From assembly GCA_001643675.2 (NCBI GenBank), contig LSRY02000004.1, positions 620,001 through 684,000 on the forward strand: 64,000 nucleotides of DNA. The letters run 5' to 3'. Below are positions 12,001 to 18,809 of this stretch, one piece after another. Every line of letters starts with the position of its first letter. The stretch's first letter is position 1. Made by a program: the position numbers and the translations under genes. This DNA is from Monocercomonoides exilis PA203. Taxonomy: Eukaryota > Protista > Preaxostyla. Under the pieces are notes generated by a model. That model was not told where the DNA came from and did no database searches. It worked only from the letters and a program-made list of their open reading frames with translations.

Positions 12001-12146
12001 GGCATTTGACAAAGACCCTGGGGACCTTTCAGGAGTGCATGATACCGGGAACGAAGATGAGAAGGGAAGGCTGGAAATTACCCCCAGGAGAGGTAATAAG
12101 CGTTATACTGGAGAAGAGAATACTCAAGGGAGAGACCTCTTCTTAA
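9096..12146 (+). CDS. DIRS pol: N-terminal repeat region, reverse transcriptase, RNase H and degenerate methyltransferase-like C-terminus
   Basis: First ATG at 9096. RT motifs FMVRKKNGKWRKILDCRILN, LDISSAYQHV, GMPFG, APRVFTK, YLDD, FLG. RNase H motifs TDASELGWG, TDN, HLPGEQNMEADALSR. C-terminal ILPAWRGQTWTPLL is typical of the DIRS MT-like domain. Confidence 0.93.
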   Translation: MSSVLCRETERGERAALCRETEREERAALCRETEREEKAALCRETEREERAALCRETEREEKAALCRETEREEKAALCRETEREEKAALCRETEREERDALRRETEREEKAALCRETEREEKAALCRETEREERAALCRETEREERAALCRETEREERAALCRETEREEKAALCRETEREERAALCRETEREERAALCRETEREERAALCRETEREERDALRRETGMDMMMSEFRGMTVLREVPINRQTSTREKPLEVCESNEEALSPSDRKKRIEIESSIDREMRTGREDTEEDSVYPHGTEQVNDQEPEREVVKRVWRASGTVIESPIGSVLEESWKIATADTLEGKETAQIQTGQRTPEVGSCVAVGPPKEPLPGRLVNRLNEWRKIGGDKLVSRGIKARWMSPQSPISLEERKHRQEFRGTTEMMDNYLSLLEEEVKEGVVKPIQESEVKWFNPTFMVRKKNGKWRKILDCRILNEEVLGKHFKMDSQETVVELLEENDWMTTLDISSAYQHVKVDEQFSPFLCFSFQKQCYTYVGMPFGAKDAPRVFTKIMRRAASYIREHWKVKLVIYLDDILLMHPDRDALRSISQEIAQFLRNLGWILSEEKLKLEPARSVEFLGWSWNSEKMEVTLQERKRVLLLEDVRKWTAHAKKRRKQKTRDLAALLGRLNFVRLQHPPASLWMKRMQYVLRQAIARGGWKGTVIDNPMLLGELTHWRKTLLENRPRSLKRRNRPAELTTDASELGWGAVLTIPKENKEEKIYVHGSWTLQESKLAINEKESRAVLRTLERKGAWLKEQKIDHIRLKTDNMSTRWTIQKKKGAPSLIPTLRALEKKLNSLDMTIQTEHLPGEQNMEADALSRITRKPDYALRGEKVAEILQTIAPRTLDTISEQIAPVPCGSTWRLSSLRRKREKGTAEDDIVLVHPFLRNIGRVMKEKMNEAQRNLTILILPAWRGQTWTPLLQPGHLTKTLGTFQECMIPGTKMRREGWKLPPGEVISVILEKRILKGETSS
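9102..9770 (+). repeat. 36-bp coding tandem array (~18.5 units; AALCRETEREE[R/K] in the RT frame, RALPRDRERRES in the overlapping frame)
   Basis: Unit GCCGCGCTTTGCCGCGAGACAGAGAGAGAAGAGA[G/A]A repeated head to tail with no spacers. Confidence 0.97.
9110..11704 (+). CDS. Long Arg/Glu/Gly-rich ORF fully overlapping pol, in frame with the tyrosine recombinase ORF (probably its N-terminal part)
   Basis: Stop-free from 9086 to 11701, including ~640 non-repeat codons overlapping RT/RNaseH. Same frame as 11810-13504 and separated from it only by TGA 11702-11704. First in-frame ATG at 9362. Confidence 0.6.
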   Translation: MPRDRERRKSRALPRDRERGESRALPRDRERRESRALPRDRERRESRALPRDRERRESRALPRDRERRESRALPRDRERRESRAMPRDRERGERRASPRDRERRESRALPRDRERRESRALPRDRERRKSRALPRDRERRESRALPRDRERRESRALPRDRERRESRALPRDRERRESRALPRDRERRKSRALPRDRERRESRAMPRDRERGERRASPRDRDGHDDVRVQGNDSTTGGPNQSTDKHKGETLGGLREQRRGTEPFRPKEEDRDRKLDRSRDENRERGHRGRLRISPRDRTGERSGTREGGSEESLESFWNCYRVPNWERPGGELEDSYCRYSRRERDRTDTDWSKDTRSGELRSSGTTEGATSWETGEQAERVEEDWGRQISEPWYKSTMDESPIPNLTRGEKTQTRISGNNRDDGQLFIPLGGGSERRSGETHTGVGGKVVQPDIYGPEEERKVEKDPGLQNFKRGSARETLQDGFPGDSCGTPGGERLDDHARHIECLPTCQSGRAVQSLSVLQLPKAMLHLRGDAIWSKGRAQSIHEDNETGSVIYQRTLEGKAGDISRRHPPHAPRQGCLEIDLTGDSPVPEKSGLDTVGGEAEARTRKECGVFGMELELREDGSDAPREEESAAARGRAKMDSTCKEEKETKDEGLSSTPREVEFCEVTTSTSELVDEAHAIRAEAGNSPRRLEGNGNRQPNVVGRVNSLEENPAREQTKESEEKEQTSRTNNGRLRVGMGCSINNTEREQRGEDICPRKLDPPGKQAGNQREGVQSSVEDFGKERSMAERTEDRSYSSEDRQHVHEMDNPEEEGSSIAHSNTESTGEETEQPGHDDTDGTPPGRAEHGSRCTQPDNEKT

Positions 12147-13504
12147 CATGGGGAGAACACGTTGGAGCAAAAGACATAGCAGCAGCAATACTTAGAAATC
12201 AGAAGAGTGAGAGAGATACGTGGAGAGCCCTGCGAAGATTCAAGCAATTTCTAGATAGAGAGAGCATGGATGACACTGACCCCCTCACAACGAAAGATGC
12301 TAAATGGATTATGGCAGAGTTCATCGAAACACTTTCGAATACAAACCTCTCAAGTGGAGTGATAAATCAGACAGTACGGAAGGTGCTGGATTCTATTAAC
12401 CTCTTCAGAGAGACTAAGGTTGACGTGAAAGACATAGAGACATTTCTAAAGACCTATGTGGGGGAGAAATCAAGAAGAGGCAAACGATACAAATCGATGT
12501 GGGACTTGACAATCATCACGAAGTGGGCAGAAGCCACTCACGATATGAAAGACCCACAGACCCTCCAAAGGAGGGCTCTCATTTTAACCATGATATTTGG
12601 TGCGTCAAGACCAGCAGAGCTGGAGAGAATGAGAAGAGGGATAACGATACTTAGAGATGATTTAGTCCAGACACAAGTACAAACAAAAACATCAGGGGGA
12701 GAGACTGTTAAGGTTATTATAAATAAGCATCCAAACCCACGTATCGATGCGGTTGTAGCGCTCCAACGCTGGATGGATTATATAAAGACAACCTTTAGAG
12801 ACGAACATGTGTGGTTCGATCTCAGGGGGAGGCAACCTGCAAACTTGCAGAGGATTAAGGAAGAATTAGTGGCTGTCCTGAGAGAGAACGGAATACCCGA
12901 CACATTTACCGCGTACTCGATAAGACACGCTGTGATAACACACTTAGCTAGACAACAAGATGCAGATTGGAAAGCAATCAATGCGTACGCGAGATGGGCG
13001 CCAGGCTCTAGAGTAGCCCAGGAGTATTACACCGTGTTACCAGTTCAGGACACGAGATGGATCCTGGAGACAATCGGTGGCCCAGTACCCCTGGCAGAGA
13101 AGGGAGGAAAGTCGGAGAAGGACAGCAAAGGAAAAGAAATTTCAAATGAGAATACAGAATCTGAAACAAAGGAGTATCCGGAAGAAACATCACAATCTGG
13201 GGGAGAAGCGGAGACGAGCAAGAGAAAGAATTCGAAGAGACGAGGGTCGACTCGAGAGAAGAGTCCGCATCATGAGGACGATATAACACAACCCACCAGG
13301 GGTGATGAGACACCATCCATAATTCCCCGCAGCATCATGGAGCTGGCGGAGGGCAGACAACCTGCCTCGCAGAAGAAACTCGAGACCGATCGGAGGAAAC
13401 GCGGAGAGAGAAGCATAGGACAAATTGTCATGCCCGCTCAAGTACAGAAGACTCGATCGAGAACCCCCGAAAACAGCGCAAGAGGGGGAGGGAGTAGGGA
13501 TTGA
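11705..13504 (+). CDS. Tyrosine recombinase (integrase) of the DIRS element
   Basis: Open from 11705. Catalytic signature R (SRPAEL), K (QTKT), YSIRH (HxxR position), ARW and QEYY (Tyr nucleophile); the RYKSMWD motif is typical of DIRS YRs. Confidence 0.9.
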   Translation, partial: LCTEGGESRRDITDNRTENTRYNFRTDCAGALRKYLETILSEKEERERNSRRRHSPSPPVPEKHWTSDEREDERSSEESDDSDSASLAGADLDPATAAWAFDKDPGDLSGVHDTGNEDEKGRLEITPRRGNKRYTGEENTQGRDLFLTWGEHVGAKDIAAAILRNQKSERDTWRALRRFKQFLDRESMDDTDPLTTKDAKWIMAEFIETLSNTNLSSGVINQTVRKVLDSINLFRETKVDVKDIETFLKTYVGEKSRRGKRYKSMWDLTIITKWAEATHDMKDPQTLQRRALILTMIFGASRPAELERMRRGITILRDDLVQTQVQTKTSGGETVKVIINKHPNPRIDAVVALQRWMDYIKTTFRDEHVWFDLRGRQPANLQRIKEELVAVLRENGIPDTFTAYSIRHAVITHLARQQDADWKAINAYARWAPGSRVAQEYYTVLPVQDTRWILETIGGPVPLAEKGGKSEKDSKGKEISNENTESETKEYPEETSQSGGEAETSKRKNSKRRGSTREKSPHHEDDITQPTRGDETPSIIPRSIMELAEGRQPASQKKLETDRRKRGERSIGQIVMPAQVQKTRSRTPENSARGGGSRD

Positions 13505-13607
13505 GGCCGCACCTTCATCCGCAGTCCCTCTGGTCATCCGCCGCACGGCAAGGTGCTAGGCATGAGGGTTTAAGATCAGAGGAGAGAGGAGAACGAGGGA
13601 TTTCAAG

Positions 13608-13703
13608 ACTCATTATTGAGGAGCAAACCTGCTCCTTGCGTTCGTATATTCGCTCTATTGCGAATTGATAGAACGCAGTGAGCAGGATTTGCTCCGAAAT
13701 AAT
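13608..13703 (+). repeat. Internal complementary region (ICR) of the DIRS element
   Basis: 13608-13666 is the reverse complement of the left end 8106-8164, and 13664-13703 is the reverse complement of the right end 14328-14367. The two halves share ATT at 13664-13666. Confidence 0.95.
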
Positions 13704-14282
13704 ACTAACGCGGATGGAGAGACTCAGAGCGGCTGGGTGCGTAAGAGAGAAACATATTTGGAGGAATATGACGAGAAAAAGGGCGAGATATAAAAGGATA
13801 GAGGAAAAGATCAACCGCCCGAAGATATTAATGTGCACCTAGAACCTTTTTTGAGAAACGTGGAAATAAATAAAAAGTTCAAGCATGATCCTACTCCTTT
13901 ACAAGACTATTATTGTTTTTACAGAGAAGAATTGAATATTAAATATGCAGTGTGTGATGATCGAGGTTGCTCTGCTGATGCAGCAGAAGAGTGGGAGGCA
14001 GAGCATAATACACGCAGTTTTCTTTTCCACGCCTCGCGAAAGCGAGAGTGGTTTTTCTTTCTGCTCCGTTTTGGAACACTCGCCTCTCCGGATCCCTGCA
14101 CGGACTGCAGGAGGCAGCTCCGAGGGGCTATGTCCCCTGCCCTCTGGTCTTCGGGACCAAGGCGAAAAGGCGAAGTCGGCGGTGAAGTGATGCGGACAAT
14201 GCATTATTTTATTATTATTATTAATTCTTAATGTTATTGTTTCGTTTTTTCATCTCGCCCTTTTTTCCACGTCATTGGGGAG

Positions 14283-14367
14283 GGCGAAGTTCTCACTTAA
14301 ACCGCCCATAAATCGTAACCAATACTCATTATTTCGGAGCAAATCCTGCTCACTGCGTTCTATCAAT
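14283..14367 (-). repeat. Right inverted terminal repeat plus right extension of the DIRS element
   Basis: Reverse complement of the left ITR core; the outer part matches the second half of the ICR and ends in AAT. Confidence 0.93.
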
Positions 14368-14817
14368 AATTATTCAATTTCGAATTAACTTCAATGATAC
14401 AAGTGATTTTTTAAAATAACTTTAAATATATTTTTTTCTCTCAACATCAAAAAATTATTTTGGAGGAATAAAAAATCACTTCAATATTTTTTGGGAAAAA
14501 AATTCTTTATCAAAAAACGAAAATATTATAGAAAAAACCAAATACAAATCACACACTTTGACAAAAAATAACGCCCTCAATATTTTTTTAAAATCATTAT
14601 GACCGTTGAAGTAATTAATTTTGAAAAACTGAAGAGTTATTATTATTTTCTGGAGACGAATATTTTTATTTTTATCAGTCAAAGAAAAAATAAAACAATA
14701 TTTAAACAATTAAACGGAAAAAATAATATTATTTATTTTTCTTTGACAGTCATTCCAAAAGCTTGAACAAAACTAAAATCAGCTATAAAAAATAATCCAC
14801 ACAACAAATTCCAAATT

Positions 14818-17392
14818 TCAAACAAGACACGAATCAGGAATTTTCCAATCTTCTTCATCGTCAACACTTGCTTTTGAATTATTCATCGGAGTGCTTAGTT
14901 CATCATTTTTGTTTTTTACGTTTGCTTCAATCGATGGCCAGTTTATTGAAATTATCGTTTCCTTTGAAGGAAAAGTATTTGTGCAAAGTATCATGTCTCC
15001 TAAGCCACATTGGCAAAGAACTTCATTCATTTCATCAATGAAATCTCCCCAAAAAATAACCATTCCTGGTCCAAAACGATGCGCATAGCTTGCAAGTTGT
15101 TGAAGAGTCTTGCTTAAAAATAATGCATCAGCCGAAAATGAAGCCTTCGAATCGATCCAACAAACAGGGAAAAAGCGACGACGTTGAGGCAACATTCCCC
15201 TTCTTATTAAAACCTCGTTGCTTGGCTGGCGATAAGCTTTTGTGGTCTGAGATGATAAACCACTGCATTTCAATTGTTGAGATGGAGGAGAAAATGAAGT
15301 TGAAGATTGAAGAGAAGATGAGACGTTTTCAATTGTTGGAACATTTGTTTGATTAGGCATCGTAGGATTAGCTGATGGAGTGATTGCGGAAGGGACAGAG
15401 TTATTTGAAGGAGTGGTTTGGGTGTTAACATTAACATTTTCAAAAAGTTGTTTCAGCTCAATTTCGAAATATGAATTACTTAGCTCAGAAGATTCCCTCC
15501 AAATGGGAATGCTAAATAGTTTGCGCAATGAATCAGAATCAAAGATTAAGCTATATTCCTTCGATGCTTTTTGAATCTGCTTAATCTTTAGCTGCAAGTC
15601 ATTCATCTTTGCTTCTGTTTGGCAAGAATAATTAATGACTACAAGCATTGAATAAGTGATTGATATTTTATATGAAAAAAAAGAACGAAGTTTCAAAGAT
15701 GGAAAAAAATAAAAATCGCAAAAATATATAATCAAATATAAGCAAAATGCATGTCCAGTTAAAAGAAACAATATTCATACTTGTTCTTTGAGAATCAATA
15801 ATTTTACAACGCTGCTGCAAATCAACAAGGCGCTCAATTACAGCGTTTTGAAGGAACGTTGTTTGCAAAGCATGCTCTTCCAAAAGCTCTGTAATTTAAT
15901 GAACAAAAGATTATATTAATATAAGTAAAAAAATACTGCTCATTCACCAAACCGTTGAAAAGAAGCATTCTGTAATTAGACAAACTCAATGGCAGATAAT
16001 CCGCGAATCTTTTAGGATTCAAAGAGTACAACGAAATCAACGAGTTATTTGGTTCATTTCTCATCAAGGTAGAGTTTGAAAAAGCACAGCATGAAGATGA
16101 AGCAGAAGAAGAATCAGCCAATAAACAATTTTCTTTTTGAATGCGATCTCTTTCGTTTTTGGCCCATATAAATTTGCTTTTCACAGCAAATGTGTCCATA
16201 ACTTCTGAAAGAACATCTCTCCAACCATTTTCAAGCAATAAGCAACATTCCATTTGTAACCTCTCATGCAGTATCTCTTCAACAGGCATTTCATTGATTG
16301 CTCTGGTTTCATTCTCAATCACTTCCATCATTCTATATTGAAGCAGATCCGCTGGCGTCATTCCCTCGTGACTTCCATTTGTAAGATTTTGTAAATCAGA
16401 CAAAGATGCAGTTGAAGATTGCGAGACACCATTGCCAACCTCTTGTGAACATGAAATTGAAGAGTTCAAAGAAGGTTTGTCGCTCAATGTTGATTGACAA
16501 TCAATGTTATGATTCGAAATTTCTTTTGAAGGTTCATCACGAACGTTTAAGCATTCATCACTTCTATGCAACTTTTTCTTTCGATCAGCTTCAATCTTTA
16601 ATACTTTTTCTACTCTTCTTAAAATAGGATCAAATGGAAGAGCAAATGGAGTTAGAACTTCTTTGCTTTCGTTTATCTCTTGTTGACGAACCAATATGGA
16701 CTCTATCGCAAGAGGATTAAATAGAATTTCATTGTGAAATAATGATGTATCAACTATAAATGGAACAGTTAGAAGGATATCAGGAGTCTTACTAAGTCTA
16801 TCAGTTTTGCAACCCTCTTCTGTAATAAATGGAATTCCTAATTCATTAATACAAGACGAAAGATATTCTTCATGAACTTTGCCCATTGCCGCCTTAAAAG
16901 CTTCTGTGTCATTTCCTTCAAGAACATTTTCCGTCAGATACTTTTTTACATACTGATACAGGCTAGGTTCCAGTATTTCAGAAGGATTTCGAATTAAATA
17001 CATTTTAGTTGATCTTGTTTTTGTTCTAGATGATTTTTCCATTTTTGTGCTGATGTAATAATCCAGTAATTGCTCTGCCAAATAATGTGCAGGAACTTTA
17101 CATTCTCCAAGCCAATACTGAAAACCTTCAAATGTCTTTGATGCGTCATAAATATTATGTATGTTTTTTTGAATAACATGATGCATCTTTTTAATTGCTG
17201 CCAAGTTTCTGTTCAAAATTATAATCTTTAAAATTAATGATTTGAAACTTTTGAAGCATACAATTGAGAATATAAACTTAACACAATGCTAGGAGGAACA
17301 CCATATATGACTGAATAGCGCAATACATCTTCGGAGCACTTTAATTTATGACACAAAAGCAAATTTAAATCGAATCTCATTTGTTCTACCAT
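14818..17392 (-). CDS. CDIN1: CDAN1-interacting nuclease 1 (C15orf41/TPD-domain, PD-(D/E)XK-like) homolog; 4 predicted exons 17392-17262, 17208-15953, 15888-15781, 15614-14818 (~763 aa)
   Basis: Motifs LSLYSQ, GKVHEEYL, KTPDILL, CWIDSKASF and QQLASYAHRFGPGMVIFWGDF match the family. Three GT-AG introns of 53, 64 and 166 nt join the exons in frame. Confidence 0.82.
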
Positions 17393-18809
17393 TAATTTTT
17401 TTTGATTCCGTTTTCTTTCAAAAACAACATAAACAGAAAATTCGAATTTTTATTTTTCTTTCTTTCTTTGTTATTATTATATATTAGGTATTTGACATTA
17501 AAAAATATTCAACAATAATTATGTTTTATTCAAAGGTCTCTTTCGAATAAAAGATTGCATTTTTGTAATTGCGAATAAAGAAAAAGCGAGCTACGCAAAG
17601 CACATTCACTTCTCTTTTCTGTACAATGACTGCCAACGCACAAGATAAAGAATTATCAGAAAATATCTTCCTTTGACATTTGATAAAACTGAAATCATAA
17701 GTATGAATCTGTTGGAATGTTTTACTAAAGTCTCTGTTCTGGATTGAATGAGCACATGAAAGCGCTTCATACTTCAAATAATAAAGCCAACAGGCACATT
17801 ATGAAGCAAACATGTCGAAACTCATTAGAATGACATTTCAAGCAATTAAACCAACAAGAAGTTCGAAATCTTCATTTTGCAGCAGCGAAACACCCGCTCC
17901 TAAACCGAAGTTCAATATTGCTTGCAACTTCACACAATTTGTCTCAATCAAGTTTGCAACGCTTCACCTTTTCCATTCCATTCTTTTTCAATTCATTTTT
18001 GTCTCTGGTTTTTCCAAACCATGTTCAATTTGTTTCCATTCAAACAGTCAAATGCGTTTTTCTGATCTCTGCCTTTTCTTTCAACAAATACCGTAAATTG
18101 CAATGATACCATGTGTCTTGTTCATGTAGGAAACTGTTTCAAACTTGAAATTGTGCAGCACAATTTTCAGCAAAACAAGTTATGGACTGTTCAACAGAAA
18201 AATATGAAAAAAGGCTCATTAAAACAATCTTTCAAACAAAATGGCTCTTGTTCTCGATACCCATGCAGTTCTTCATGCAGTATTCAAAATGGAAAAAAAT
18301 TTGAGTATTTTCTTTCTTCGCTTTGCAACACCACATAATTCAGAATTAAAAAAAATGCTCCAGGAACACTTCTGAAATTTTCATTCTCTGAACGCTGATA
18401 AAACATGAAAATCTTGCTTTAGAAGAGAAAAGAGCATTCAAAAATCCAGATATCTTTTAAGAGCAAGCAGCGCTGATGAAGCAAAAAGTTCTTTTCAGAA
18501 ATTAACCGAATCTCGTCCAGACATTGAGCAGCCAGCTTATAAATTGCAACAATACAATGGTTCAAGAAAACAGCCCCCCAAACGAACTCTTTTTTCCCTA
18601 TTTTCGAATTTCCTTCTGAGTAAAAAATCACAAAGTTTTTAACTGGATGTGAAATAACTAATCGGTGTCGTGGACATTCTTTTTCAAATTCCTGAAATAA
18701 ATGCCTTCAAAAGTTAAATCACAGCGATGAAACGACACATTTTCATCACAAGAGAAGGAACGTCAGAAGAATCAAAGATCTGATTATTTTTTGATCAAAA
18801 GAGAAAAAA

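Larger units (their letters stand above)
8106..14367 (+). mobile_element. DIRS-type tyrosine-recombinase retrotransposon with complete terminal structure
   Basis: RT-RNaseH ORF plus a downstream YR ORF; inverted terminal repeats; an internal complementary region matching both ends; AAT trinucleotide at both termini (8106-8108, 14365-14367) and ATT at the ICR junction. Confidence 0.95.

Noticed and set aside
13970-14050. Hammerhead ribozyme suggested by CTGATG…CGAAA
   Set aside because: The core reads CUGAUGC rather than CUGANGA, and the GAAA is a hairpin tetraloop. The three-stem junction cannot be built.
13833-14231. Small ORFs in the DIRS 3' region as an extra gene
   Set aside because: Short, non-ATG or without motifs; the GC-rich hairpin content accounts for the lack of stops.
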